Origin: Eutreptiella sp. 'Long Island Sound 2002'
Taxonomy: Eukaryota > Protista > Euglenida
Assembly: GCA_964036045.1 (NCBI GenBank)
Contig: OZ038378.1
Span: 196,850,001-196,914,000 of the forward strand
Direction of reading: 5' to 3'
DNA length: 64,000 nt
Below the pieces are notes generated by a model that was not told where the DNA came from, ran no database searches, and saw only the letters and a list, made by a program, of their open reading frames with translations. Made by a program: the position numbers and the translations under genes. Positions 50,280 through 62,469 of the stretch are shown here, in pieces (positions within the stretch are counted from its first letter, which is position 1; the number at the start of each line of letters is the position of its first letter).

Positions 50280-52150
50280 TCTGTTGAGCCCCTGATTGAA
50301 GACCCCATGTGATTGCTCCATAGCAGAGCGAGTTCTACCATCGCAGATTTCATGGTTCAATATCACCCAAATATTTCTCGGGTTTGATAGCAATAGGCAC
50401 CGTTGTCGGCCCCTGGATTCCACGCATGTGCGCACCTACACAAACACACACACACACACACACACACCATGCATGTGCTAGATTTTGGAGCAACTTTTAC
50501 CATTGCAAACTCCTTGATTCCGAATCTCCCAAACGTATCCCATTGTGCGTTCTTTCTCCATTGCAGAGCGAGGTTTTCCATTCCGCCTCTGACCCCCCTA
50601 TTTAAGACCACCCATGCGTCTGCTGCTATCCGAGAGTGAGTGTTACCTTTGCGCAGTCACTCATCCCACATCCCCAAAAATTTGTCTTCAGTGCGACCAT
50701 CTGAGTCTTCTCCATTGTGGAGTGACTTTTTTCATTGGCCCAGTGATTCCACAAACCAAATGTCTCCCTTGCACAGCAGGTTTTTCCTTTGTGGATCCCC
50801 CGATGGAGAGCACCAGTGGGGCATGCAAGTTGCAAGAACCATTTTTGAATGCAGATTCATGGGCTCTGCGGTGGAGCAAACGCAAGGGGAGTGCGGATTC
50901 GAGGTGTTCACCAGGAAACCACTTGTGGCACAATCCAGAAAACTGATGGAAACACTTGGACAGCAATGTTCAAAACAGGGACGCGGGATTAAGGAGTGTG
51001 CAACATTGGAGCACTGAGCAATAGAGCAAACACATGGTTGGTACCAAAATCAAGGGGGCCACTGTGGGAATCCCCACTGTGCTGTGAAGGAATTACAAGG
51101 GGTAGGGTCTGGAGTCTCGGGATGTGCAATGAAAAACTTGCTCTACAATGGAGCACCATTTGTGCAGATGCGGAGTCATGCATGAAGCCAACGTGTGGGG
51201 AACGTGGAAGCGGGGCCTCTGCGATGAAGCGAATGCACAGGGGGTTCGAATTCAGCAGGCTCGCACCTAAACCGTTGTTTGCAATGAACAGGTCCTTCCA
51301 TTGGAGATCCCCTCATCCTCCCCCAGTGCTTCCTCCCTTGCAGAACAAGTTTTTCCGTTGCAAAGCCCCTGATTCTAGGCCCCTGCCCTGGGTCCGCAAG
51401 CCCCAGGCGTTTGTTCCACGCAACTGCTTGCTCCAGTGCAGAGTGTTTGATCCCTGTTTGCTCCATTGCAAAGGGGGGTCTACCATTCACACCCCAATAG
51501 CATTGCCCAAAGGTCTGCTCCAGTGCTGAGCAAGCAAAACCAGTGCAAATCCCCCGATTCCCCATCACCCGTGTCTTTCCTCCATTGCGGAGCGAAGTTT
51601 TCCATCATGCACGCCCTGAGCGAACAGTTGGTTTCAAAATTTGGGGGTCTGCAATGGAACAACTGGTCCAAAATAGACGAAATACCTGCGTGGTGCAAAC
51701 AAAGAAAGGTCTGCCAATGAAGAGAGTGCACTCCATAATGGAGAAAACACTTGGGGTGCGGAATTGAGAGTGTGATTGATGTATTACAAACATGGTAATT
51801 CCTTATCACCCATGCATCCTTTTCTTTGAAGAGCGCCCATACAGTTTCACTTTCTCCATTACGATTTTTTTCGATGTCAGAGCCCCTGATTCCGCATCAC
51901 CCATGAGTGTCCTCCATTGCAGAGTGAGCTTCTCCTTTGCGGACCCCCCCATTTGGCATCCCCCAAATGTTTCATCCATTGTGGAGGGCGTGGTTCCTCT
52001 GCACACACCGCGATTCTGCATCCCCCATGAGAACTGTGCATTGCGGGGCGAAGGGTTTCGTCGCAAATTCCCTCATTCGGCAATCCTCAAGTGTTTGCTC
52101 TGTTGCAGAGCAAGTTTTTGTTCGGGCATCACTCCTATCGCGTTGTGGAT
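50280..52150. repeat. Highly degenerate satellite with CTCCATTG(C/T)(A/G)GAG core, in blocks of alternating orientation
   Basis: Core motif recurs at roughly 50-100 bp spacing; reverse blocks about 50850-51250 and 51640-51760. Confidence 0.6.
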
Positions 52151-52753
52151 TGTAGAATGTGTCGACCTTGTCCTATTCAGTGGACCAGACCGAATCATGC
52201 ATCATCACCCACCCTGCTAATGGCCAGCGGCATAGTCTGCGCCAATCCTGACGGCTGCTGAGATGCATCTTGGCCAAACCACGTGGTGTTTCCCACAGCC
52301 CGAAGACGCCGATAGGGTTGGAAGGTGGGGTCAAATGGATGGGGGTGAGAAGGGGGAGGGGGGTTTCCTTTGAGCAAACAATCGGGGATCAACATGACTG
52401 CGGCCATGTGGCACACCAACCCCTTGACGTGCCATCTTCTTGTTGCGTCCATCTATCTCCCCAACTTGCCCCTGGTCCGTCCACCTGAAGGACCGACCAC
52501 ATTGTCACAACACCCACCTGAGAAGAGCACCACTCTGAATCCCTCCCGTCCCCCCACCACCTAACCCCCCCCCACACCCACCCACCTGACAGCCCTATCT
52601 GGCTCGCTTGACACCACCATATACCTCGACCGACCCAACACCTCCACACGCCTGGTACCCACCGGGCACCTTGCACCACCACCTGCCTAGCCCCCGTACC
52701 TGAGAGCCCAACCCGAATGACACACCACCTACTTGACATCCCCTGTCGGGCAC

Positions 52754-52837
52754 CTGTGCCTCAAATCTCTTCAGTGTATGGCGCAACTTCTCACATTCCT
52801 TCATGGCATCATCCAAACCGACTTCCGCTTGCTGAGC
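52754..52837 (-). CDS. Coiled-coil gene, type-B exon (AQQAEVGLDDAMKECEKLRHTLKRFEAQ), 84 nt
   Basis: ttgcacag|GCT ... CAG|GTGCCC, phase 0-0. Confidence 0.8.
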
Positions 52838-54637
52838 CTGTGCAAATGCAGACTGCAAATTGCAAACTGCACAGGCGGGTCCACCAACAAGAATCACATA
52901 TTCTGCGCTATGATCTAACAGAACACTTCGCAAGAGACCCATTGGACACTGATAAGCTAAATGACGATCAGGTCGTAGTCAGAGAAAGCTGGGACGCACC
53001 TACGTCCCAAAAACCGATGGTGGAACCCCACCCTATTGGTGGCCTCGCCATTTTCCACCCGTGTCAAAATGTGAACCTTGGAAACAAGTGATCAACCGGA
53101 AACCTTCCACGGATAAACAAACGTGTGACCAGTCATTTCAAAACCACGTCTCGATGTGCTCTTTCCAAACCTACTGCACCCAACGTGATTCACAGTCAAA
53201 ACGGAAACTTTTTTGCGCATTGTACTGTGAACGCGTGATGCCAGACTCCCGCCACTTGATTAGCCCAAGGCTGTTCCAGCCCCATACGGGTGTGCCACCG
53301 CAGGGACCCGGTTTGAACGCTCATTTCCAAATAACTGATTCAAAAATATTAAAAGAGCCGAGTCCACCGAAATTGATTCCCAGTCAAAACAGCAAACGCC
53401 GCGCTGCGCACGTGCGTAATGCCAAAGTGAGGTCCCACTACTTGGCCAGCCGAGGGCCATTTCAGCCCCATATGGGTCTGATCTAATCCGCAATGTCTCC
53501 TTCCCACTCTAGGAAACGCTGCTGCAGCATGGTTACGCAGCAATTTTGGCTCCTCCGCGCTGTGGCTTCTCCAACACAGCGTGGGTTATGAAGCAATTCT
53601 GAGGATTTCCCAGAGAAAGAAACAAACAAAATGGCAACATGACCCCCCGCCAGCCAAAGTAGCTATGGGTTCTCCAGAGCAGAAAGGAATCAAAATGGTT
53701 GCATAACCCCTTCCACTTCGGGTTTCCCCAGAGCAAGGGGAAGTCAAGGTGGCTGCCTGACACTGGTCAACTCGGAGTTCCGACGGGGGGGAGAAAGATG
53801 GCCCCGTAACGCTGGCCATGTGGGGTTACCCAGAGCAGGGACTAGTTGGCTGGGCCTGGACGTAGCAAACTATCTTGAGGCCCGGTAGGGGGGGGGGGGG
53901 GTTGGCGAGCAAGCATCACAACGTTGCACTAAGGGTTAACATAAACCATCAGCGGCCTGCGCCCAGACGCTGCGGACTCCTCTTGCTTTCCCCCCAACTT
54001 GGAAGCGACAGGCAAACGCGGTGATGCAGAGGCTACATGTACACCCCAGCGCGGGCATTTTCTGAAATCAAGCATCCATCCTCCCAATTGCTTTTTCTTA
54101 GACCAGCTGAATTGCGATTGCTTTGGCTCTGGTCGTGAAGCCCCCACATGGAACCGGGCCTTTGGTTCATACATCCCACCACTTTCACCCCCTCCACGCC
54201 CGTGCTTGTGGCACCGGGCCTGGCCTGTCCGACAGCGATGATGAGGAAAATTTGGTAGCCCCAGCTACACAAACCACATCGGTGGTGGAGAGCACCAATG
54301 GTGTTGCGAGCAGCCGATGCTGTGCTGCAGAGCACCAACCGCCAGCAAGAAAGGGTGTTCCCTCAAGCGAAATTGAACCAGAGCCTCACACCCGATGTAT
54401 GATTGCAGTGGATCTGTAAGTGACCCCACCAACCAAAGCTGCGGGTTCGGGGTTCACCTGTCCCAACACTGGCTGGGGAGCGTGGGTACACAGATGTGGC
54501 GATACACACATGGCCCCCAGGAGATGCATCCACGCACGCAGCCGCGTACTTGCAGATACCAATGCGCACACCATTGCAGGGACTCACGCCAGGCCGATGA
54601 AAAATCGATGGGTCAAGCGATTGGCAGTGACAGTGAC

Positions 54638-54712
54638 CTGTGCCTCGGATTTTTGAAGCTTTAGGCGCAATTCTTCGCAGTCATATGTGGCGTCGGCTTC
54701 GACCTGCAGCGC
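54638..54712 (-). CDS. Coiled-coil gene, type-B exon (ALQVEADATYDCEELRLKLQKSEAQ), 75 nt
   Basis: catttgcag|GCG ... CAG|GTCACT, phase 0-0. Confidence 0.8.
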
Positions 54713-55777
54713 CTGCAAATGCAAACAGCATGATCATTTGTGTTATGGGCACGCATGTCAGCTCACTTGCAGGAAACAACCTAAGGCGGTAACCTTACCC
54801 TAACCTAAGGCTGCAAGGTTGCTGCATGAGGAGACAATCAAACACAAAAAATCGGAACAGGTGAGATTCGCACTCATGCCGTCCCCTCCTCCTCAAAGGA
54901 GGGGCGGCGCACGTGGACAGTTCACTATTTGTCAATCACCATGCCCCAAAGTGTAAACGCTCAGCACCTATATGCGGTTCTGGGGGGAGCATTGTGCATC
55001 TCTGAGTCTTGCTAATCATTTTGGAGGATGTCCATGCGCGGGTTCAGCATGTTCGTGTGGCGGGCCCCAACTCTGTAACGGATCAAATCAACAATAGAAG
55101 AAAGCGGGTTTTTCTTCCAAAAATTAATGCGGTTTCGCACGGCCATAAACGACCAAACTTCCAATGGGGAGTCGTCGGGAGCCTTGGCTAGAAATGGAGG
55201 TGGGATTCTTGGCTCCTCAGGAAAACTGCATATGAGGCGGTCGATTCATACAAAGTCTAAAGCTCACTCCCCAGTAAAAGTAGTTGCATCGAAAAACAAT
55301 GCCGCCCTCAGCATCGAATTCGGGTCCATGGCACATCCTGAACTCATGCAATCTGCGCCCCTTTTCATCGGGATTTTCGCATCAATCGCTTTTCTTGTTG
55401 TTCAGGCGCTTGTTATTATTATTTATTACCTACTAATGCGAAGGGAAAACCATGCACCGACAAACATCCTTACTCCCGAACCTATCCTTGACTGAAGTCT
55501 TCAGGCCTCCCTGGCAGTTAACTTTGCGGAATATACAACAGAAAGCAGCAAAAAAATACACACGATATTTATTGGTTGTGTCTTTCAGCAAATGCAATGT
55601 ATGAAACAGCACCCGGTCAAAACGTCAAGGAGCAGCAAAACTTTGCTGCAGGCAACAGCTGGGAGTGTACAGCAGATTTCCTTTGCATCAGGCAGCATCC
55701 GCTGCAATGCCAAGCACAGCAAATCACTTTGGCACCCGTATGCTCACCCTGATGTTGCCACACAAATGCATCAAAAC

Positions 55778-55861
55778 CTGTGTCTCAACTATCTGCAGCT
55801 TTTGGCGCAACTCTTCACATTCCTTTGTGGCATCAGCCAGATCTTCCTCCGCCTGGAGCAC
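55778..55861 (-). CDS. Coiled-coil gene, type-B exon (VLQAEEDLADATKECEELRQKLQIVETQ), 84 nt
   Basis: ctcaacag|GTG ... CAG|GTTTTG, phase 0-0. Confidence 0.82.
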
Positions 55862-56378
55862 CTGTTGAGACGCATCGAATGAACTGGGGTATTCGCCTCA
55901 TTCATAGGCTCACTCCAGCCACACTTCCCGCTTTTCGAAAATGCAAAAATGTTCGGGTATTTGGTTCGCAAGCCCAAATGAAATCGCCTGCACGGACCAG
56001 CAATCGTCACAACAAGCAAAACAAAGGCGCAATACAGCACAAGATCCCGAACAACTTTAATCATCGCCTCACGACAGATGGCATCCCATCTATCGAAAGC
56101 ACATCAATCTCTGCTTCTACTGGCTGCAACACTGCTGCCCCATCAGCCACTGAAATACGTATCCCAGATCGCGTATCATCATGTTTTGCATATCTCAATT
56201 GCAGAATTTGCACGCATCTCACAAGCAGAGTGTCCTGGTCACTCCGACCGGGGAAGAGCTATGCTACAGATCACCGTCACTGACCATCCTACCGCTACTG
56301 CAGGAGTTTACTGTCATTGGATCCGTTGCCCCGATGCGCCAGATTCTCCGATGAATGCCTTCCACGCAGGCATCACAC

Positions 56379-56513
56379 CCTAGTCTGCAAATTGTCCGTG
56401 CCTTTCGCCTTCTGCTCCCACTCCTCAGCCTGAATCTCCGCACGCTCCGCTCTAGACCGCCATGTTTCCATTTCTCGGTGGGCAGTGGCGAGCTCTTCCT
56501 CCAGCAATGCAAT
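56379..56513 (-). CDS. Coiled-coil gene exon (IALLEEELATAHREMETWRSRAERAEIQAEEWEQKAKGTDNLQTR)
   Basis: gcttctcag|ATT ... AGG|GTGTGA, phase 0-0. Confidence 0.82.
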
Positions 56514-56774
56514 CTGAGAAGCGCAAACCAAAGGTCGAACCGTAAATCGATGCTCCACGTGACCTTCTACATGAACAATGCACGGGTAGAACAACTTTGG
56601 AGTGGGGAACGGATCGTGTGCACATCCCCCAATACAAAAAGGCCACAAACAAAGCAACATGCATGGCTGGGATCCTGAGATGGCACTCGCCAAGCGGTGA
56701 ACCTCTACAATACCACAAACGGGACGCGCTCCGGCCGAGAACCGAGCAAAAGCAAACAGCAAAAGGCGCCAAAC

Positions 56775-56830
56775 CTTTTGCTCGGCCTCCGACACTTTCT
56801 GTGCCATTTCTTGTACCCGTGTCTCCGCAT
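56775..56830 (-). CDS. Coiled-coil gene exon (DAETRVQEMAQKVSEAEQK)
   Basis: gcttcag|AT ... AAG|GTTTGG, phase 1 to 0, compatible with neighbouring exons. Confidence 0.75.
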
Positions 56831-57226
56831 CTGAAGCATACAGCGAAGGTTCCGGAAACTGTAAAAATATCGGTCCCTGTCTGTCCCGGATTCCTCCTGC
56901 GAGAACTCCCCCGATCACACATACCCTGTATCCCGCAGTCCCCTGTGCCACCACCCTCCCACACCTTCCCTGTGCCTCGAACAAAGAGATCGTTTTGCCA
57001 TTGATTGGATGCTTTGCAACCTCGATGAACGTACGACCACGATGGGATAGGTGTGGAGAAAAGGGGCAGAGGGGCGGTCCACAACGCATGCTTCAGATGA
57101 CGCAGATCTCGGGCGGTCGTTTCGAAGGGTTTCAGTAATTTATCACATCAGCGTCGCTCTTTTACAGAGTCGGTTGCGCTGTTGGGTTTCCATTGGAAAG
57201 GGTCCGCATGCCTGCTCCAAAGCAAC

Positions 57227-57286
57227 CTTCAGCAGATGGGCCTTGGGTTGAACTTGGTTCACCAACAGTTGCGATTGTTGGGCGTA
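57227..57286 (-). CDS. Probable coiled-coil gene exon (VRPTIATVGEPSSTQGPSAE)
   Basis: gtttacag|TA ... G|GTTGCT, phase 1-1 symmetric, so it could be skipped. Confidence 0.5.
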
Positions 57287-57425
57287 CTGTAAACAATGTC
57301 GAAAGAGGAAAACCTGTCATTCTGACCGGTCTTTGTGAAGCGTCTTCTTGGGAGAGGTGAGCGGAGGGCCCTACATTTCTTCCTGTGGCCCCGGTCACAG
57401 CCACCATCTGTTCCGCAGTCCACAC

Positions 57426-57498
57426 CTTCCATTGCCTTCACCGCTTTCAACTGCTGTTGCACAGCGTCCGCTTCTGCAGCCCGGCTGCTCGCAGCTTC
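57426..57498 (-). CDS. Coiled-coil gene exon (EAASSRAAEADAVQQQLKAVKAME)
   Basis: ctcctcag|GAA ... G|GTGTGG, phase 0 to 1. Confidence 0.75.
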
Positions 57499-57996
57499 CT
57501 GAGGAGCATCGTACGTGCGTAGTGGTACCGATAGCTTTTAGCACTCGCAAAACGGATTTCTCGCCACCAAGAGAAAGCCTCCGCGGTCAACACGTCCCTC
57601 CCCCATTCAGCGAGGTCAGACGGAGGGTGTGTGCGCGGGGGGGGGGGGGGCAATTGCCGAGACATCGTCGAAGAAAATACCACAATTGTGGCGCGTGCAA
57701 AGGGCGCAATCACTTTGTTTTGGTAGCGAGGATTTTTTAGCGAGGGAGCACAAAATGACTGCCCCTGGCCCCCTCTGTCCCCGAGGCGTAGAACTGCCCC
57801 CCGTCCTAGCCAATAGAATACTGTTGTAGCACTGAACATTCCGAGCTGGCCGTTTTTTTCTCGTGGGGCAAAGGCCCGAGCATCGGCGAGCCAGGCCCTG
57901 CTACATCAACGCCTCCCAACCGCACGTCGGAGCGGATCTGCACAAAATGTTGCTGCAGATCACGACACGTACACGGCACGCGTGCACACAACAGAC

Positions 57997-58091
57997 CCGA
58001 ATCGACTGCGACGCCTTGTCTTCCGCCAACTGCGCCCGCAATTCCAGCTGCTGAGCACGCACCTCCATGTCCCGCACCTGCTGTACCACGT
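57997..58091 (-). CDS. Coiled-coil gene exon (DVVQQVRDMEVRAQQLELRAQLAEDKASQSIR)
   Basis: ttacatcag|AC ... CGG|GTCTGT, phase 1 to 0. Confidence 0.8.
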
Positions 58092-58599
58092 CTGATGTAA
58101 AACGGAGTGGTTGAGGCCAGGGGGTGAGGGCAGCGGAGGGTGCAGTGTAATCGGCAACTATCTGGGCGAGGGGGACGAGGCAGTCTTTGTGCCCCCAAGC
58201 CAAGTATCGCGTATTTGCGTGCGCAAGCGCAGTGCCATGTCGTGCCCCAGGGCAGCAACCTGTGTTCCTTTCCCTGAGCGGCACCACCATTCTATCTATG
58301 CACCAACACTTGGACGCCTGGAGGCAATGGGCAACAAAGAACTCTGAAGACAGAACTCGTGGGGCTTTGCGTATGATTTGCTTGGGATCAGTGATATGGG
58401 AACATGCACAACATGCTGAAAGAATTGGGGCAACCCCTGGCCCGGGCCTTCACGGCGGAAAACGGCGATGGGCGGAAAAGGCACCTCCGCAAAGACGACA
58501 GCCCACCCCACCGGAGATTGGCGTCTCCCTTGTCTCCCCTTCAGCCAAGGGGGCGATCGATCACACCACTTGTTGACCGGTGAGGAGATGGCACCCCAG

Positions 58600-58770
58600 C
58601 CGCGAAATCCCGACGGTTGGCTGCAGGAAATCCCGACGGTTCGCGCCCGCTGCCGGAAATCCCGACGGTTGGCTGCCGGGAAAATCCTGGCGGTTGGCTG
58701 CCGGTAAACCCCGACGGTTCGCGTTCGCTGCGGGAAACGCCGACGGGTGGCTGCCGGGAAATCCCGGTGT
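58600..58770. repeat. Minisatellite of 21-27-bp GCTGCCGG(G)AAATCCCGACGGTT units, about 7 copies
   Basis: Directly visible tandem units within an intron. Confidence 0.85.
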
Positions 58771-58835
58771 TTGCACTTGGGGTGTGGTTGTGGCCACAAC
58801 CACCTTTACACATCTCAGTGACTTCTCTCTCACAC

Positions 58836-58918
58836 CTGGGCTCCCTCGTCCCTTGTCGTCGCTCCCTTTGTCCGTGATGTCTGCAGGCACGGTGGCGCAA
58901 TCGTTTTGACCTTGTTTG
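58836..58918 (-). CDS. Coiled-coil gene exon (KQGQNDCATVPADITDKGSDDKGRGSP)
   Basis: gtgttcag|C ... G|GTGTGA, phase 2 to 1. Confidence 0.65.
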
Positions 58919-59293
58919 CTGAACACGAAGAAGACACAAGAATTTGGCCGCGGTCCTTTCAACGTAACAACGGAACAATCGACGGTATGTCAGCGTGAAC
59001 ATGCGGCCGGCGGGAGAGAGCGCATCAATGCAGCCGACCAACCCAGGCTCCACGATTCGGTAACCCCCAAGCCCCACGATCCGATGCAACGCTGCCATGT
59101 GCTAATGTGTCACCATCACCACCACCATCGGTGGTGATGGTGAAACATCCCCACCCTCGTGAAAACCTTGGAAATATGGATCGGCCTAGAGAACTAAACG
59201 CGTCCCTGTGTACACCATGCAACTTTGGGGAGTCGGGATTCAAATGCAAGACCACAACCTCCCGAACATTGTAGCGGACATCAGGGCACATAC

Positions 59294-59325
59294 TGCAATC
59301 CGAAAGCGTCCCGGGGCACTCGATC
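59294..59325 (-). CDS. Coiled-coil gene small exon (DRVPRDAFGL)
   Basis: ttctcccacacag|GAT ... CA|GTATGT, phase 0 to 2; bridges the flanking exon phases. Confidence 0.55.
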
Positions 59326-59638
59326 CTGTGTGGGAGAATCGGAGCAAAAGCACGGACCACCGCTGCTCGCATTTAGAAGGGGTGCTGGAGAGCTAGGGGC
59401 TAAAGTGACTTGGCATTGGTGGAAGGGCGGTACATTGCAATTTATACTTTTTGAGGCAACTTCCGATATGCATTTTCCAAAATGCAAAACGCGGCAACTT
59501 GCGTACGTCCTGGGCAATAGCAAGGTGGGTGCCAAAGCTGCCCGTGCCTCGAAATTTAAACATCTCTCGAAGGATTGGCAATGCAAGACCGGTGCACGAA
59601 CACACCGTGTCAAAGTCTACTGCTTCTTCGTCGCACAC

Positions 59639-60028
59639 TTTGCCGTCCTTCCCCACCAATGGTCCTTCGTGTTTGCTTTCATCTCTCTTTCTCTCTTCTT
59701 CCCTCTCCCCCTCTTTCCCCTTGTCCCTCTCTTCCGTCTCCCTCTTTTGTTCCTGCTGCTTCTCCCTCTCTAGAAGCAGCCTTTCCACCTCCTTTTGAAT
59801 TTCACGTTGCTGCTCTTGCTTTGCCACCCACTCCTTATCCTCCTTTTCGCTCACGTGGTCCTTCGTTTTGTCCTTCTCTTTTGTCCTCTCCTTCTCCTTC
59901 TCCTTTTGCTTCTCCTTCTCCTTCTTTTTCTCCTTCGTACTTTTCAGCCTTTGCTTCAACTCTTGTTTCTTGTCATTGAAATATGCCGAGAGCTTGCGTT
60001 TGTCCTTTTGATGTTCCTTGGCAACCTC
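59639..60028 (-). CDS. Coiled-coil gene, Lys/Glu-rich exon (EVAKEHQKDKRK...KEKEKQKEKEKER...)
   Basis: ttttttcatacag|GAG; long open charged frame. Donor at 59639 (AAA|GTGTGC) or 59606 (ACG|GTGTGT). Confidence 0.8.
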
Positions 60029-60110
60029 CTGTATGAAAAAAACATGGACAAGCCATCCCATTCCCTTCCGGCGGGGCCGGAGCCCAAGTATCGTATTCGG
60101 TTATGTTCAC

Positions 60111-60143
60111 TGCGTGCCGATTTTTGTGGCTCCTGTGGTCCTC
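60111..60143 (-). CDS. Probable small exon (EDHRSHKNRHA)
   Basis: ggccgtag|GAG ... GCA|GTGAAC, phase 0-0. Confidence 0.45.
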
Positions 60144-60313
60144 CTACGGCCGTATTTACGGAAGAGAAAGAGGGGCGGGCATGTGCTGAGGGTAACGCAC
60201 TAAGGGCCCCAAAAAGAGTGACGAGACAAAAGGCTTGACCATCGCATGAGGGTCGCTTGGGAAGCTCGTTGCCAGAATGAGGTTGAGGGGACACCAACGA
60301 CACCGTCACGCAC

Positions 60314-60343
60314 CTCTCCGCTTGGACTCGCTTGTGCCATGAG
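60314..60343 (-). CDS. Probable small exon (LMAQASPSGE)
   Basis: Strong acceptor cccctcttctttcctccgtag and donor GAG|GTGCGT, phase 0-0. Confidence 0.6.
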
Positions 60344-60643
60344 CTACGGAGGAAAGAAGAGGGGCATATATTGACCGCACATGAATGACGAGCAGTCTTC
60401 GTGGCGATTAGCGGTGAAGTTTCACCCTCCCCAAAGCCCTCCACAACCGCGCAATCTCCATGATCCACACAACACTACAAAACACCATGCACCTGCCTTA
60501 TACCACAAACAACACTCCACAACCCGCAACAACTCTTTTGTGTACCGTTTCCGCACTATTGCCTAGGAATGCCGCAGTGCATGCAAGGTTTCGCTATTCG
60601 GCTAAGTGTCTATGAACTCGAAGAAGGAGAGAACCGGGCATAC

Positions 60644-60925
60644 CGGCGGGCTATCCGACTGCGGTGTGCTAGATCTTGTGCTTGCAGGGGGAGTCAAGGT
60701 GGGCTCTCTCCCCCGGGGCTCTTGATGCAAAGAAACCGTCGAACTTGCGGAAGCGATTGCCAATGGATGCCCGGCCTCTGAAACCGTGTCTGACGCATTG
60801 CTTGTTTGCAATGAGTTGAGGTCTTCGGCGGATTTCACACGGTGCCCATCCGACTGGCTAAGCTTTTGCGTTTTGAGTTCGGCAACACTTTCCTCCTTCT
60901 GGTTCGAGTTTCCTCCACCATCCAT
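60644..60925 (-). CDS. Coiled-coil gene, 5'-most identified exon (MDGGGNSNQKEESVAELK...QSDSPP)
   Basis: AG two bases before ATG 60925; donor CCG|GTATGC, phase 0. The true start could lie further upstream. Confidence 0.6.
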
Positions 60926-61605
60926 TACTACTACAACATGTGTGGCATTGCTCACACTCGAACGTGTTCCTACACAAAATACGAGCGGTCGGGTAGATGA
61001 TTGACCTTGCTATGTTCGTTCCCGAGCGGCTCGTCTGTGGGCACGATGAAGCAAGCGGAGCATAAGGCAAACAAACGTGGCTTGCGCCCCATACCGGAAA
61101 TAACGAAGGTGCTTGTGAGCGTACAAAGTGTAAGGGCCACGAGGCATGTCTCCGCCCAAGCAGTGCCCAAGCGGAGGAGACAATTGAGGAGTTTGGCCTA
61201 CCCTTTCCTCGTTCTATACGTTTTCGTTTTCAAGACAACATTGCAACCACAGTGGAGACGTCCATAGGGTACATTGGGTTTGGAAGGGCCTCGATTTTCA
61301 AGGCGCGCCTAGATAAAGGTTAGCATTAGGCGAGGGCCCGTTGCATGTACTACATAGTTCAAGGTTTTCTTCATTCCTCAAAAATTCTTGTCGGGGTGAT
61401 TTCATGATCACGCACTAACCTGATAGTGTAGCGACAGTCAGACCGCAACCGTGCCGGGATCACCAGGTATAACGCTGCGAGCATGCGACTTATTGACGTA
61501 GCAACTCATCACTTCCTGTCAATCACTGTTCAGCAAGCAACTCCTCTCGAGTGCGGCAGCAACTTTCGTTCATTTCTGGGAATTTCTTCTCCAAATTCTG
61601 CAGAT

Positions 61606-61784
61606 ATGAGTTTCTCCGGTATTCTCTCACAATACAAGCTTCCATGTGTTGACGATTGTGAAACGTTTTCGGAGCACTCGGAAACGGATCTCGAGGTGAC
61701 ATCAGTATGCTCATCCGAATCGGAAACAACTGCGGACGGCCTTGCGCCCATCAAGCTCCCGAAGGCCTTGCGGGGCTACATAAG
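61606..61784 (+). CDS. CCCH zinc-finger protein gene, exon 1
   Basis: Pyrimidine tract and AG (ttcttctccaaattctgcag|atATG); donor AG|GTTTGC at phase 2 matches the next exon. Confidence 0.65.
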
Positions 61785-62085
61785 GTTTGCCGACGCCACG
61801 CAAAATGCCTTGCAAGAGCATGCCTACCACCAACCGTTTTCGTTGATTGTGGTCCTCGTGGCCCCACATCACGTCAAGAATACGAATATCCGGCTTTTCA
61901 TCGTTCCATGTCACAATACGCAACATTCAACCATTCAGTTCAACCATCGGGTGGTATGGAGATATCATTCTTATTCTAAAGCTTGAATATCGTCATGGAT
62001 GTATCGATGGTCCGGCTCATTTGCCGTTGTCGAAATCCCCAAGGCCCGATCAACTATTGACCGTCACGCCACGTTCCTACTTTAG

Positions 62086-62469
62086 GTATATCGTCATCCT
62101 GCATCCCGAAGACCACAAGCCGTATAGCATCGGTGTGAAATACCTTTGTCACACGGAGGGCGCTCAAAGCCTCTTGGCTTATTTGACACGGAACGTGAAC
62201 CGCAAGCACAAGAAACATGTGCACTCATGGTTGTGCCAATCAAGCGCGGACGGCTCTCGGTGTGACCTCGGGCGTCGATGCCCAAACATCCACATCACGG
62301 AGGAGGGCTACAACGGAAGACGCCATTGGTTGCGTCCGATGAAGGTGATCCGGGGTTTGGATGTGTCCGGGCTTGACAAGGAGTCCCTCTCGACCTCATG
62401 CGATTTGGATTCCAACACGCATCGCACGAGTACCGTGAGCGAAGACTCCGAAAGTGACTCGGACATGCA
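62086..62469 (+). CDS. CCCH zinc-finger protein gene, exon 2 (C-x8-C-x5-C-x3-H: CQSSADGSRCDLGRRCPNIH)
   Basis: Acceptor ctacttttag|G, phase 2, with an exact CCCH spacing. The 3' donor (62469, CA|GTATGC) and later exons are uncertain. Confidence 0.8.

Noticed and set aside
51236-51262. tRNA B-box-like GGTTCGAATTC
   Set aside because: No cloverleaf stems or A-box at the right distance.
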